From a bacterium (GTDB lineage: Bacteria; Hydrothermota; Tepidihabitantia; B3-TA06), in contig JAAYVC010000101.1 of the NCBI GenBank assembly GCA_012517375.1, positions 19,438-83,437 on the forward strand: 64,000 nucleotides of DNA, read 5' to 3'. Position numbers and translations under genes: made by a program. The notes under the pieces were generated by a model. The model saw only the letters and a program-made list of their open reading frames with translations. It searched no databases and had not been told where the DNA came from. The number at the start of each line of letters is the position of its first letter. Positions within the stretch are counted from its first letter, which is position 1. Of the stretch, positions 50,592 to 61,851 are shown one piece after another.

Positions 50592-51752
50592 ATGGATAAC
50601 TCCTGGGACGTTATAGTTGTCGGTGCAGGGCCTGCCGGTTCTTCTTGCGCAAGAGTGATAGCCGAATCCGGCTACTCCGTTCTCGTTCTTGACAAGAAGC
50701 ATACCATAGGCGAGCCCAATCACTGCGGCGAAGGCGTATCCTCCGCTTGCTTAGACGAGGTTGGTGTCAGCGCGCCCCAGCCCTGGATAATCAGCGAGGT
50801 TAAAGGCTGCAAGCTCCTGTTTCCGAACGGGACAGAGATCCGCTTCACCCAGAAAGGCTACTGCATAGACCGCCCCTCGTTCGACCGGTTTCTTGCAGAA
50901 AGAGCGTCAAACCTCGGTGCCGTGTTCAGGACTTCCTCAGAGGTAAAAGCCATCGTTTCCGAACAATCAGGGTGGCGCGTCAGGACCGCCCACTCGGAAT
51001 TAAGAAGCCGGTATCTTGTCGGCGCCGGAGGAGCGCTTTGCCCCGTTTCAAAACACTTCAAGCAGAACCCCTTCATCCTTCCTGCCGTTCAGTACAAGTT
51101 CAGGAAAAAGGATGTGGCGTGCGATTTTTCCGATAGCTTTCTTCAATTCCACCATCACGAGGATTTCTCGGGCGGATACGCTTGGGTCTTTGACCGCTCT
51201 GATGAGGTCTCAATCGGGGCGGGCAGCCCAACGGGTCTTAAAGAGAAGCTTGAGAGATTCTGCGCCAGGATTGGCGTGGATCCGGACAAGAGGATCAAGA
51301 CGGAGGGCGGTCCTATCCCGTTCCTTCATAGACCGCTGCAGATCGCCTTTCCGCGCGCTCTCCTCTGCGGCGATTCTGGAGGGTTCACATATCCCTTCAC
51401 TAAAGGCGGCGTTCACGGTGCATGCTGGAGCGGAAGGATTTCAGGCGAGGTAATCGTTGAAGCATTAAGAAAGAACGATTCGTACACACTATCCGATTAC
51501 TCCAGACGCGTCTCTCTCTATCCCTGCCGTTCGAGGACCCACCTCATGATCCCCCAGGCTTTTTTTAAGTTCGATAACAAGATAATCGATACAATCGGCA
51601 GGATAATGGACGGCAAGGAATACACCGAAATCCCTGTAGGCCGCTTTGCAAGGCATTTCCTGCCGCATCCCTCGCCGAGGATATTGTGGGGCATCGCCGT
51701 GGGTTTCTGTGTACAGCGCTTCTATCATCACAGCCGCCGTTTTGCGTGGTGA
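50592..51752 (+). CDS. FAD-dependent oxidoreductase, geranylgeranyl-reductase family
   Basis: Rossmann DVIVVGAGPAGSSCARVIAESGYSVLVLDKK. Confidence 0.7.
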   Translation: MDNSWDVIVVGAGPAGSSCARVIAESGYSVLVLDKKHTIGEPNHCGEGVSSACLDEVGVSAPQPWIISEVKGCKLLFPNGTEIRFTQKGYCIDRPSFDRFLAERASNLGAVFRTSSEVKAIVSEQSGWRVRTAHSELRSRYLVGAGGALCPVSKHFKQNPFILPAVQYKFRKKDVACDFSDSFLQFHHHEDFSGGYAWVFDRSDEVSIGAGSPTGLKEKLERFCARIGVDPDKRIKTEGGPIPFLHRPLQIAFPRALLCGDSGGFTYPFTKGGVHGACWSGRISGEVIVEALRKNDSYTLSDYSRRVSLYPCRSRTHLMIPQAFFKFDNKIIDTIGRIMDGKEYTEIPVGRFARHFLPHPSPRILWGIAVGFCVQRFYHHSRRFAW

Positions 51753-52450
51753 ACAAGGTTTTCTTCGTCTCCGATTTGCACGCGCGACCTGACAGTCCTG
51801 AGCGTGAAGCGGTCTTCAAGGAATTCTTAAAAAGAAAGCTTATGAGCGGGGACTCTCTGTACATTCTTGGCGATCTGTTTGAGTTCGGCTTCGCATTTAA
51901 CGGTCAGATACTGCCTTACTACCAATCTCTTGTTTCTGTTCTGACAAGTCTTCAATCCTCAGGGGTAAGGATTTTCTTTCTCCCGGGCAATCACGATCTC
52001 TGGATGTGCAGCTATTTAGCCAGGAGAGGAATCAGAATAATCAGGGAAGGTAGCGTCATTACTGTTTTAGGCAAAAAAGTGGCTCTATACCACGGATTAC
52101 TGAAGGAGCCTGATTCACTGTCAAGATTAGCTTCTTCTGTTATGAGAAACCCCGATTGCGTCTGGCTCTATTCAGGTCTTCCTCAGCGTTTAGGCTTCGC
52201 TCTTGCAATGCGGCTGAGCGGATTCAGCCGCAGGCGCAACAAGCCGTTTTCGAAGAGACTGAACTCCTCGATGATAAGGAAGACTGCCGATGAAGCGGAA
52301 ATAATCATAAGCGGACACCATCACGAGCGACTGGTCTTCAAACTCAACGGTAAACTTATATACATTACTGGCGACTGGATTACGAATTGCACATATCTTG
52401 AGATGACGAAAAACGGATTAGAGCAAAGAATCTTTAGCGCAAAACCATGA
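51750..52450 (+). CDS. metallophosphoesterase, UDP-2,3-diacylglucosamine hydrolase (LpxH)-like
   Basis: VFFVSDLHARP, LYILGDLFEF, LPGNHDLW; GTG start overlapping previous stop. Confidence 0.65.
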
Positions 52451-52487
52451 ACAAAAAAAACAAGGGGAAAAAAATCAAGGGATTAGT

Positions 52488-53375
52488 TCAGTATTCGAAG
52501 CCCTTGCCGTGAATGCGTTCCTCGGCAAACATGGCAAAGCCCCCAGGCTCGAATCCATGCAGTTCGCAAAGCTCCTTCCATTCGGCAAAATCGCCCCATC
52601 CTTTGAAATCGGCTTCTACGGCAATAGTTTCCTGGGTTTCTCCGGGCCATGATAATACCGCCCACTCCCTATTCTTAAAGATATTCTGGAGATAAGGCTT
52701 TGCTGAAACAGGCAGCATCACGTGGACGTGAATGAAGTTATCAATCCTGAACCAGCATATGCTCGTTCGGAGCACCGCCACGCCCTGCGGATTATCGGAA
52801 TGAAGAATAAGCCTTTTCAATTTCGACTCAACCCAGAACAAGGGCTTATTGACGTAGTTAGATAGAGCGGAAGGCATTGCCTCACCAGTCGAATTAATCG
52901 CACGCAAAAGCATTCTTTCTTCGGCGCTTAAGGGTACTGGAAATGGAAAATTATACTCGCGTACAAGAAGAGGTTCATCCTCCACCCCCGCTCCCCTTGC
53001 AACAAGCTTGAGTTCCTCTTTTGTCCTGGAGAAGCAGAAAAAACTCGTATGCGGCAGGCGTTTTGTAAAAAAGCATGCATTGTGAATCGATTCCTCAAGC
53101 GCAGACAAAGAGTTAATCAACTGGTCTTCGGTTGCGAGATCCAGCTTGTGCAATCGAATTATGTAGCGTCCCCATGCTCCTCCGACTAAGGAGGGAACGA
53201 ATGGTACAGCCCTGAAGCGTCCGATGACGCTGGAGTGCTCAAGTGCTTTAATCCTTGCCGCGACCTCAAAACTCCCAATACCCGTGGCGGCGGCAAGGTC
53301 TCCGGGTGTCGCCCAGCCGCCGCGGCTCAGTCTTCTCAAAAGAGCTATTGAATTATTGTCAAGGATCGATCCCAA
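52488..53375 (-). CDS. hypothetical protein, possible N-terminal winged-helix
   Basis: 295-aa ORF; weak HTH-like N-terminus. Confidence 0.35.
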   Translation of the reverse strand: MGSILDNNSIALLRRLSRGGWATPGDLAAATGIGSFEVAARIKALEHSSVIGRFRAVPFVPSLVGGAWGRYIIRLHKLDLATEDQLINSLSALEESIHNACFFTKRLPHTSFFCFSRTKEELKLVARGAGVEDEPLLVREYNFPFPVPLSAEERMLLRAINSTGEAMPSALSNYVNKPLFWVESKLKRLILHSDNPQGVAVLRTSICWFRIDNFIHVHVMLPVSAKPYLQNIFKNREWAVLSWPGETQETIAVEADFKGWGDFAEWKELCELHGFEPGGFAMFAEERIHGKGFEY

Positions 53376-53380
53376 TGCTC

Positions 53381-54175
53381 TTACTTCTTGGATGACCTTG
53401 TTCTTTGAGGCTTTACTTCGGTCTTCTGTTTTTCAAGCCACGCTCTTAGAAGGTCTATAGGTACAGGAAATACTATGGTCGAGTTCTTTTCCGTGGCAAT
53501 CTCGGTTAGAGTGCTCAAAAATCTCAGCTGGATGGCGGTCGGTGTTTTATCGAGAACGACTGCGGCTTCACTCAGCTTCTGCGACGCCTGAAACTCGCCG
53601 TCGGCGTGAATGACCTTTGCGCGGCGCTCGCGTTCGGCCTCTGCCTGACGGGCTATCGCCCTGCGCATCTCCTCCGGAAGATTAACGTCCTTTATCTCGA
53701 CCATCGAAACCTTGACGCCCCAGGGATCCGTTTGCTTATCTATGATCTTTTGAAGACGCTCGTTAATTTTTTCGCGCTCGGCCAGAAGATCATCGAGTTC
53801 GTATTCTCCGAGCACGGAACGAAGCGTTGTCTGGGCAATCTGGGATGTTGCGTAGATGTAGTCCTGAACCTCAACAACGGCCTTTGCGGCATCCATAGGC
53901 CTGAAATAGGCCACTGCGTTCACTTCAACGGTGACGTTATCACGGGTTATGATGTCCTGCGGCGGAATATCCATGGTAATGGTTCTGAGACTAACCTTGA
54001 CCATCTTGTCTATCCCGAAAGGAATAAGGAAGATGAGTCCAGGTCCTTTAACCCCTACTAGACGGCCAAGCCTGAAGATAACGCCGCGCTCGTATTCGCG
54101 AAGGATTTTGATGGCGGAAATGATAATGATTAACAGCAAAACGCCTAAACCGATAAATATATAAGTCTGCGTCAT
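53381..54175 (-). CDS. SPFH/band-7 (stomatin-like) protein
   Basis: N-terminal TM then [18 protein letters not shown]...; coiled C-terminus. Confidence 0.8.
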   Translation of the reverse strand: MTQTYIFIGLGVLLLIIIISAIKILREYERGVIFRLGRLVGVKGPGLIFLIPFGIDKMVKVSLRTITMDIPPQDIITRDNVTVEVNAVAYFRPMDAAKAVVEVQDYIYATSQIAQTTLRSVLGEYELDDLLAEREKINERLQKIIDKQTDPWGVKVSMVEIKDVNLPEEMRRAIARQAEAERERRAKVIHADGEFQASQKLSEAAVVLDKTPTAIQLRFLSTLTEIATEKNSTIVFPVPIDLLRAWLEKQKTEVKPQRTRSSKK

Positions 54176-54355
54176 AAAGCCTCCTTTGATTTAAGAGATT
54201 ATAGGCTGCTGTTTCTCGTTGTCAATTAAGCTCGTCTTAAAAAAAATGCCTTGACAGTGTTTATTTTATTTCTAAAATATATATATAGTATAAGTATTAT
54301 GAGGAGGAACCCCTCAGGAGGGTTCCGTTTTCGAAACCAAAAACAAGGAGGCATC

Positions 54356-56035
54356 ATGAAAAAAGCGTTTATTATGGGGTTATCAATATTATTGTTAGCC
54401 GCTGTCTTAAACGCCGCGCCAACGGTAACAGCAGGATCAGGCCTTTACCGCATTCAAAACGCATCCATAACCAAAGGTAATCTATCCTTCAATCTTCATC
54501 TTGCCGGAAACCCGGCAGGCGCCTACCACATGAACGACGGAGACTTTTCAACCTGGGACGGAATCTTCAGGCTTGGAGCAAGCTGGGCGCCTTTTGAGTT
54601 CCTTGAAGTAGGTCTCGTTCCGGCTTTGGGGTACTACAAACCGACTCCGGACGATACAGCGGATATCGGCTTGTGGGATATGGAAATAAACGCCAAGACT
54701 TCGTATTCAAGGATGAAGGTTTTGAAGCTGGGGCTCCAGGCAAGAGCGCTGGTCCCGCTCGCTTCCGATGTATTCTTTCCAGCGGGATATTCGAACGGAC
54801 TCGATGTCGGCGGACGCGGGCTTATAACTGCAGATTTCAGGGATGTCATGAAGTTTCCCCTTCTCTTGCACCTGAATGCAGGCTACATGCTGAGCATGGA
54901 CACATACGACTCGCTAATGAACGAATACAATATCGCTGGATATTTTGGACGCAATCGCATGACGCTCGGAGCCGGTCTTGAGATACCCACTCGTTTCGTA
55001 ACGCTTCTTGCTGAAATATACGCCGAGCAGCCAGGCGATGTATGGGTAACGCCCACGTTGAGGCTGAATCTGCCTTTTGGATTCCATGTCGACTACGGCA
55101 TGGATTTCCTGATACTGGCGGATACGAGCGATCCCAGAGAAGATCTCTACCGTACAGTAACAACCGGCATATCATGGTCAACTCCTCCCAAAAAACATAT
55201 CCCGATGGGTTCAATAAGCGGAACGGTCAAGGATGCCGATAACGGTTCCGGTCTCGTAGCTAAAATAAGCTTTTCCGGACCCGAAACAGGCATAATTGAT
55301 GCAGGCTCTATGGGATTCAGGATAGATTCTCTTGACCCTGGAACCTACACACTAGAAGCGATTGTCGAAGGTTATACGAGCGAAAAAAGATCTGTCGTGG
55401 TGCAGGACAGACAGGTTACCGAAATAAACTTCTCCCTGAAGCCTGCGCTCGTCAGCTTTTCGGGAACCGTTCACGAGAGAGAGAAAGACGCTCCTCTTGC
55501 CGCAACGATAAGGTTTACTGATGCGTCACTTCCGGATGCAATGACCGATCCAGGCACCGGAATATTCAAGGTTCAGCTTAAACCCGGCACCTACGGCGTT
55601 GAGGTCACCTCCGAGGGATATCTTCCCCAAACCTCGTCCGTTATTGTCACGAAGACGGGCGCGGTCAAAGACTTCAAGCTTATCAAGAAAGGAATGAAGA
55701 TTGCATTCCGCGGCATAAATTTCGAAACCGCAAAAGCCGTTATACTTTCCGAATCTTACCCTATTCTTGACGAGGCTGCTAAGATTCTTCTTGAAAACCC
55801 GGATATCAACGTTGAGATAGGCGGACATACCGATAATCGGGGCGCGGACTCATATAATCAGAAGCTCTCGCAGGAGAGGGCCGAGTCCGTAAGGCTTTAC
55901 CTTATTGAAAAACACGGCATAGAAGGTTCAAGGCTTTATGCAAAAGGCTACGGCGAGAGCCAGCCGGTTGCCCCGAACGATACCGAAGAAAACATGGCCA
56001 AGAACCGCAGGGTGGAGTTCACGATACTCAAGTAA
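54356..56035 (+). CDS. OmpA-family outer membrane protein with carboxypeptidase-regulatory-like middle domains
   Basis: start MKKAF with AAGGAGG RBS; C-terminal OmpA domain GGHTDNRGADSYNQKLSQERAESV...NRRVEF. Confidence 0.8.
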   Translation: MKKAFIMGLSILLLAAVLNAAPTVTAGSGLYRIQNASITKGNLSFNLHLAGNPAGAYHMNDGDFSTWDGIFRLGASWAPFEFLEVGLVPALGYYKPTPDDTADIGLWDMEINAKTSYSRMKVLKLGLQARALVPLASDVFFPAGYSNGLDVGGRGLITADFRDVMKFPLLLHLNAGYMLSMDTYDSLMNEYNIAGYFGRNRMTLGAGLEIPTRFVTLLAEIYAEQPGDVWVTPTLRLNLPFGFHVDYGMDFLILADTSDPREDLYRTVTTGISWSTPPKKHIPMGSISGTVKDADNGSGLVAKISFSGPETGIIDAGSMGFRIDSLDPGTYTLEAIVEGYTSEKRSVVVQDRQVTEINFSLKPALVSFSGTVHEREKDAPLAATIRFTDASLPDAMTDPGTGIFKVQLKPGTYGVEVTSEGYLPQTSSVIVTKTGAVKDFKLIKKGMKIAFRGINFETAKAVILSESYPILDEAAKILLENPDINVEIGGHTDNRGADSYNQKLSQERAESVRLYLIEKHGIEGSRLYAKGYGESQPVAPNDTEENMAKNRRVEFTILK

Positions 56036-56048
56036 ACCTATCTGCACA

Positions 56049-56080
56049 AAAAAGCGCCCCAGGGGGCGCTTTTTTATTTC
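56049..56080. terminator. bidirectional rho-independent terminator AAAAGCGCCCC-agg-GGGCGCTTTTTTATTT
   Basis: between convergent ompA-like and ABC permease genes. Confidence 0.7.
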
Positions 56081-56091
56081 TCGATGGATTA

Positions 56092-57270
56092 CTAGCGAAG
56101 CAAAACGCTCTCCTTACCGAATCCAGAGGCTGCAAAGCGGAGTGCAAGTGCGAGGAATACGATGCTTGAAGCAATGGTGTAAACGATTCCGGTCGCAGGA
56201 AGCGTATTCATTAGCATACCTCGCAGAACGAGCATCACGTTCATGAACGGAACAAAGTACATCCATGCAGGCGGAACAACAGGAATCATCTGCATGAAGA
56301 TGATGGGAATTACCATCACTATGTTCAAAGGCGCCATATATGCTCCGGCCTGTTTGGTCGATTGAGTTCTGACCGCAATAGCCATGAGAAGCGCCACAAT
56401 GAACGCGGCAAGAAGAAGGATGATGAGGAGTATCATGAGAATCTTGCCAACGGAAAGCATGCCTGCCAGATTAAGCCCGCTGCCTCCACCTGAGAGCAAG
56501 GGTATCACGAAGGATGCGGCAAGTGACATGCCCAGTGCCGTCAGAATGGGAGAAATAAAGGCAAACGTGACGCCTGCCAGATACTTGCCAAACATTATTG
56601 ATGAGCGCGGTATCGGCGCCGTCAGAAGAAGCTCAAGGGTCTTTCGCTCCTTCTCGCCTGCCGTGGAATCGATTACGATAGAGGAAGCTCCCATAAGAGT
56701 ACCCATCACGATGAACATGCCGATAACGAAACCCATATAGAAACCGAACATCTGCAGGGGATTAATGGCATTCTCACGAATATAGGAAACTGCCGTCAGC
56801 AATCTCTCGTCAACGCCTTCTCCTGCAAGCCGCTTTCTGACTACTGACTGGTCATAACTCGACAATGCAAGCTCAACCTTGTCTGCGGCAACCTTAGATT
56901 CCGTTCTCGTGGCGTCGTAGTAGATTCGGGTGTAGATAATCATCTTGTCTGCAGATACGCTGTCCACATATATAACGCAGTCTGCCAGCTTTTCCGATAC
57001 GGCAGTAGCAGGGTTTTTCACTTTTACGAGTTTAACCCGTTTCGATTCGCTTAAGAACTCCTCGAGTCCTGTATCCTGCGAAGAGACCAAAACGACTGAG
57101 GAACGCTTCTCCTCCGCTTTCTTTTCCCTTCCGCCGATGAGAAGGGTGGGCAGAACCGTAAACGCGGGCCAGATAAGAAGCGGAAAGAGGATAAGAAACA
57201 AAAACGTGCGCTTCTCGCGAAACGCCGTCCACATCTCCTTGCGGAAGATTAAACCTATTCCTTTAAACAT
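56092..57270 (-). CDS. ABC-2 family transporter permease
   Basis: 6 TM, overlaps ATPase gene stop. Confidence 0.7.
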   Translation of the reverse strand: MFKGIGLIFRKEMWTAFREKRTFLFLILFPLLIWPAFTVLPTLLIGGREKKAEEKRSSVVLVSSQDTGLEEFLSESKRVKLVKVKNPATAVSEKLADCVIYVDSVSADKMIIYTRIYYDATRTESKVAADKVELALSSYDQSVVRKRLAGEGVDERLLTAVSYIRENAINPLQMFGFYMGFVIGMFIVMGTLMGASSIVIDSTAGEKERKTLELLLTAPIPRSSIMFGKYLAGVTFAFISPILTALGMSLAASFVIPLLSGGGSGLNLAGMLSVGKILMILLIILLLAAFIVALLMAIAVRTQSTKQAGAYMAPLNIVMVIPIIFMQMIPVVPPAWMYFVPFMNVMLVLRGMLMNTLPATGIVYTIASSIVFLALALRFAASGFGKESVLLR

Positions 57271-57994
57271 TTTTACCTACCAGTTTGAGAAACGCCTGTT
57301 CCAGATCCTTTACAGCAGCTTGTCTGCATATCTCCTTGACCGTACCCTGGGCTACTATCCTGCCATGATCGATTATTGCCAGCCTGTCGCAAAGCTCCTC
57401 GGCTTCCGACATTATATGAGTCGAATAAAGGATAGTGCGGTCTTTCTTTATCTTTTGCAGCAGATCACGAATGGATTTTTGCGTGGGCACGTCCAGACCT
57501 GCGGTAGGCTCATCAAGAATCAGAAGCGGAGGGTCTACAACCAATGCCTGACCCAAAAGAACCTTCTGTCTGTTGCCCTTGGAAAGCTCCTTGAACTGCC
57601 GCTTGAGGTACTCATTGAGTCCGAGGGTTTCCGCAATTTGTCCAACTCTTTCTTTAATAACGTCTTTTTTGAGGCCGTGAAACTCCGCAAAGAGTATCAT
57701 GTTCTCTTCAGAGGTCAGTCTGTCGTATAGAGAGCCTTCTTCGAGTACAACTGCCATGCGTTTAAGGGCTTCAAGAGGATTCTTACTGACCGTCACGCCG
57801 TCAACATGAATTATGCCTGCATCGGGCTTGACTATAGAACATATCGACCTGATGGTCGTGGTTTTGCCTGCTCCGTTAGGACCGAGTAAACCAAAAAGCT
57901 CGCCTCGACGGCATTCAAAACTTATTCCGGAAAGCGCCTGGACATTGCCGAAACGCTTTGCAAGATTTTCAACAATAAGAACCTTTTCGTTCAT
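57263..57994 (-). CDS. ABC transporter ATP-binding protein
   Basis: Walker A GPNGAGKTT, signature LSKGNRQKV, Walker B LILDEPTAGLD. Confidence 0.9.
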   Translation of the reverse strand: MNEKVLIVENLAKRFGNVQALSGISFECRRGELFGLLGPNGAGKTTTIRSICSIVKPDAGIIHVDGVTVSKNPLEALKRMAVVLEEGSLYDRLTSEENMILFAEFHGLKKDVIKERVGQIAETLGLNEYLKRQFKELSKGNRQKVLLGQALVVDPPLLILDEPTAGLDVPTQKSIRDLLQKIKKDRTILYSTHIMSEAEELCDRLAIIDHGRIVAQGTVKEICRQAAVKDLEQAFLKLVGKNV

Positions 57995-58258
57995 CGCTTC
58001 CTTTCACGTAATTTTCGCATTTATTTACAGAACCTTTCCTGATTCTTTAAGACCATAAAAACATCAGGAAAGCATTAAGCTAACATCTAATATACAATAA
58101 ATACCTCTGTTTTCTTCAATTAAGAGCAGCCAGGCAAAGCCTTTGAATGAAAATCATACCCATGGGACATTGGCTGAGAGAATTTTGTGAAGCATCTATA
58201 TTTGAAGAGCGGTTTTTCGCTTTTACTCGGAGTTCGTTCATATTGAGAAAAGAATCTC

Positions 58259-58585
58259 TCAATCCTTTTTTTTCTTTTTTTGTTGAATCCGCTCCATTTC
58301 ACGTTCAATCAATCTCTCTCGTAAGCCATGAAAAACAAATACATTAAAGAAATGTGCGATAACCCCGATCCCCCATCCGGCAAGCGGAATAACGAACCAC
58401 GGAAAACCTTTTCCATGATCGGTAACAAAAAACCACACGAAGAAAATTGCCGTGTTAATAACGAAGTAGCTCGCCAGATGCATGTAGAAGCTAATCCGTC
58501 TTTCCACCCTCTCTTCAGCCTTACGACGGATTTCATGTTCCATTCGCTTGTTTCTCCTTAATCTTTCTTTTCGAAGATTACGCAT
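58259..58585 (-). CDS. 2TM-domain membrane protein
   Basis: charged coiled N- and C-termini flanking two TM helices (2TM family). Confidence 0.5.
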   Translation of the reverse strand: MRNLRKERLRRNKRMEHEIRRKAEERVERRISFYMHLASYFVINTAIFFVWFFVTDHGKGFPWFVIPLAGWGIGVIAHFFNVFVFHGLRERLIEREMERIQQKKKKKD

Positions 58586-58617
58586 CTCCAGGGGATTGTC
58601 AATCTCAACTGTTTTAT

Positions 58618-60507
58618 TTGAAAAGGAGATACAAGGTTTTACCTATTGACAAACCCCGATTAGCAGTTACAATTTTATCCATGCAGGAGTTCGTTCTCTT
58701 ATTATCGCTAATCTCTTTACCGCTTGGGGAGGCTCGCGTAAACGGACTGGCGGATGCATGCGTAACCATGGCAGATCAGCCGCTTGCACTTTTTGTCAAC
58801 CCGGCTCTCCTGACTAAGAATCAGGACAGAAAGCTTCTTTACAATCCAATCGGATACCAGATAGGCTCCAGCCCTGTCGACTTACCTTTCCTTTTGAATG
58901 TAGGTTTTCTAGGTTACAGTCAGCCAATCGGTCAGTTCGGTACAGGTCTTGCCGGCTACAGGGACGAGGAGGGTGGCAGCGGAATACTCGCAGGAGCCGC
59001 CTATAAGCTAGGCTTCCTTCACGCCGGAGCGAGTCTCGGAATTCGCTACGAAGCATACGGCACCTTGCCCGTAAGACCCGCTATAGCGTTGGGCGCGGCT
59101 GCGCCGTCAATTAAGTTCGCGGACGTACCTGGCGAGATAACGATAGCCGCTTGCGCTCGCTGGATAGACTTTTTCAATATTCAGGCGGGCATCGACTACA
59201 GCATTGCTTTTTTCCGCTTCATGGCTAACTTCAACGCTCGGGAACCGTTCCTGTCGGGTAATCAGGAATCCGTGCGTCTTGCCGCGCTCTTCAAACTCGA
59301 TGATCTTGTGGGATTTCCATTAGAGTTCGGCGGCGGTTGGGGTTCAGACAACAACAGATTCGGCGTACTGCTTGCATCTGATCTCAATCTTTGCCGCATC
59401 AATCTAAGCTATTCCGACTTCGGCTACGGAAACGGCAGAATAGGGTTATCGCTTCTTTTCAGCATCGCATCCACGAAAGAGGTGGCGGAACGTCTTGCAG
59501 CTATTGAAACCGAGCAGAAGACCAAGAATGAGATAACCAGCAAGACTTATACAACCCAGGGCATATCTCTGTACAAGGAAGGTGACTACGAAGCGGCGCT
59601 CAGCGCTCTCGATATAGCATTGATTTGGGACCCTGCGAATAAGGAGGCCTTAAGCTGGCTCGAGCGCGTGCGCAACGAAAAGAACGCCTCCGAGCTTACA
59701 ACGCTTATATCGGATGCAAACGCTTCCATGAAATCGCAGAACTATCTTGACGCCTTGAGAAAAGCGCAGGAAGCCTTAAAGATTGACTCTTCCTCGGCTG
59801 AAGCTAAATTCCTTTCCCAGGAATCCCAGAGAAAATTCTCCCAGATGGTGCTTTCACAGACCAGTTCCGCGCACAACTCAGGTGAGATAAGCGCCCTTTA
59901 CCAACAAGGTCTGGAGCAGTATACATCAGGGGACTACAAGTCCGCTACTGAAACCTGGGGCAAGATAGAAAAACTTCAGCCCAAATCAACTACCGTCCAG
60001 ACTTACCAAAGACAGACCGCTGACAGGATAACGGAACAGATAACTCAGGGGATGAGCCAGCTTGAAGTTCTTGAGCGTAAAGGCCGCTGGCGCGAAGCAT
60101 TGACCCTTGCCAATAGACTGCATGAACTGGCACCATCGAACAAAGAGATATCGGCAAAGGTTACTACTTACCAGTCAAAAATAAGTTCTTTAATCTCGGA
60201 GTATCAAACACAGGGCGTAGATTTTTATAATCGCGGATACTACGTAAGCGCTCAGAACTCATTTTATTCGATTTTAGCCCTTGACCCCAACAACTCCTCA
60301 GCCAAAGACTATCTCGCACGCATGAAAGGAAAAATCGAGAAGAAGAACGCCAACGAGCTTTATCTATTGGGCGTTCAGGCGTACACGAACAATCAGTACG
60401 AACAGGCTATTCAGTACTGGCAGCAGGTTCTCGAGATAGACTCATCGTTCGATAACGCAGCCAAGAACATACAGAGAGCGCGGGATAAGCTGGCCCAGCT
60501 CAAGTAG
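58618..60507 (+). CDS. TPR-repeat protein with N-terminal beta-rich region
   Basis: multiple TPR-like repeats in C-terminal half (ALxxDP.N..A pattern). Confidence 0.6.
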   Translation: MKRRYKVLPIDKPRLAVTILSMQEFVLLLSLISLPLGEARVNGLADACVTMADQPLALFVNPALLTKNQDRKLLYNPIGYQIGSSPVDLPFLLNVGFLGYSQPIGQFGTGLAGYRDEEGGSGILAGAAYKLGFLHAGASLGIRYEAYGTLPVRPAIALGAAAPSIKFADVPGEITIAACARWIDFFNIQAGIDYSIAFFRFMANFNAREPFLSGNQESVRLAALFKLDDLVGFPLEFGGGWGSDNNRFGVLLASDLNLCRINLSYSDFGYGNGRIGLSLLFSIASTKEVAERLAAIETEQKTKNEITSKTYTTQGISLYKEGDYEAALSALDIALIWDPANKEALSWLERVRNEKNASELTTLISDANASMKSQNYLDALRKAQEALKIDSSSAEAKFLSQESQRKFSQMVLSQTSSAHNSGEISALYQQGLEQYTSGDYKSATETWGKIEKLQPKSTTVQTYQRQTADRITEQITQGMSQLEVLERKGRWREALTLANRLHELAPSNKEISAKVTTYQSKISSLISEYQTQGVDFYNRGYYVSAQNSFYSILALDPNNSSAKDYLARMKGKIEKKNANELYLLGVQAYTNNQYEQAIQYWQQVLEIDSSFDNAAKNIQRARDKLAQLK

Positions 60508-60573
60508 TTCACTGTCCCCATATTCTGGAATTTATAGGATAGAGGTAGATTGCATGTGTAATTGACTACTTGT

Positions 60574-60604
60574 AAAAAAAGCGGCCTAAGCGGCCGCTTT
60601 TACT
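60574..60604. terminator. bidirectional rho-independent terminator AAAAGCGGCC-taagc-GGCCGCTTTT
   Basis: between convergent TPR gene and NuoI-like gene. Confidence 0.7.
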
Positions 60605-60616
60605 CTTTTCCCGTGA

Positions 60617-61225
60617 TCAGTATCCCCAGATTTCGTTAAGAACTACCTTGCGTCTGCAGTCCGGACATAGCAGTCTCTGATGTCCGCTCCGGTAAGGATT
60701 TGAATCACCTTTGTCATACTGGATTTCAACCGTTTTAAGTGAAGTCTGCTTCGCAAGAACAAGGGTCGGGTTTGCATACGAAAGCTCGCCTATCCTTTCT
60801 GCTATCCAGATAAGATGATCGCGAGTGGTAATAACTTCCCCGCATTCTTCGCAAAACACGAGTTCCTTGTCTATTGAATCTTTATACTTGCTTTTATCGA
60901 CGTAACTTAAATCGTAATCCACGGTATGATGGATTCCATTTTTCGTCGTGCAGTAAGCGACGCATTGACCGCAATATATGCACATATCCTTAAAGTATGC
61001 AACATGTCTTATACGTTTGTCCAGATCATCCTCGAGTGCTCGCGCTTTAGCCGGGCAGACTTCAACACAGGCTCCACATCCAATGCACTCCTTTTCATCG
61101 AAAAGTATGGTGCCCCGAAACCGGGGAGCCGGAATACTTGGTTTGAAAGGATACTTAGTGGTATAAGGAGAAGAGAATAAAGATCTTATTGCTTCGCCTA
61201 GTTCTCTCAGTTTAGGCCACTTCAT
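60617..61225 (-). CDS. NuoI-like 2x[4Fe-4S] ferredoxin with C-terminal Cys4 extension
   Basis: MKWPKLRELGEAIRSLF..YPF N-terminus like NuoI/HycF; CIGCGACVEVCP and CIYCGQCVAYC; extra CEECGEV...CPDCRR; overlaps mrpG end. Confidence 0.65.
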   Translation of the reverse strand: MKWPKLRELGEAIRSLFSSPYTTKYPFKPSIPAPRFRGTILFDEKECIGCGACVEVCPAKARALEDDLDKRIRHVAYFKDMCIYCGQCVAYCTTKNGIHHTVDYDLSYVDKSKYKDSIDKELVFCEECGEVITTRDHLIWIAERIGELSYANPTLVLAKQTSLKTVEIQYDKGDSNPYRSGHQRLLCPDCRRKVVLNEIWGY

Positions 61226-61592
61226 CTTTTTTCTCCTCTCTTTCGATCTGTTCTCCGCCAAGCTTATCTTTTCCGTAGGTATCCTTTACCGTGCCCTTCC
61301 ACATTTTTGCACCAAATCTAAGTGAACCTCTTGCAAGGGCATGGGCTGAAACAGGAGCCGTCAAAAGAAGAAACGCTCCGCAGATAATGGCTTTTATACC
61401 CATTGGGGTAAAACCCTTTAAAAACAGTATGCCTATCATTATGCCCAGTGTTCCAAGAGTAACGCTTTTCGTCGCAGCCTGAAGTCGGTTATAAACGTCG
61501 GGCATGCGTACAAGTCCGATTGCTCCAAGAAGATTGAATAGAACGCCTACAGCTATTATGATAAACCCGATTATGTAGAGAATATTAATCAT
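61212..61592 (-). CDS. mrpG: monovalent cation/H+ antiporter subunit G
   Basis: GAIGLVRMPDVYNRLQAATKSVTLG. Confidence 0.75.
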   Translation of the reverse strand: MINILYIIGFIIIAVGVLFNLLGAIGLVRMPDVYNRLQAATKSVTLGTLGIMIGILFLKGFTPMGIKAIICGAFLLLTAPVSAHALARGSLRFGAKMWKGTVKDTYGKDKLGGEQIEREEKKDEVA

Positions 61593-61851
61593 CCAGCGTC
61601 CTCCTTTCCAGATACTTAGCAAGAGCCAGCGTGCCTATGAAGCTAATCAATGCGAGAACAATGGCTATATCGAGAAGGTATGATAGATTGAAGAAAACGC
61701 CGGTAAGCGCAGTTACACCAACAAAGATTATACCCATGATATCTACGCCGACCATTCGGTCGGAGATTGAAGGCCCCCTGGCTATACGAAAGAGGCACAG
61801 AAAAGCGGAAAGCGCCAGAATGACAACAACACCTATTTCATAAATGTTCAT
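61585..61851 (-). CDS. mrpF: monovalent cation/H+ antiporter subunit F
   Basis: 88 aa, 3 TM, FRIARGPSISDRMVGVD. Confidence 0.75.
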   Translation of the reverse strand: MNIYEIGVVVILALSAFLCLFRIARGPSISDRMVGVDIMGIIFVGVTALTGVFFNLSYLLDIAIVLALISFIGTLALAKYLERRTLDD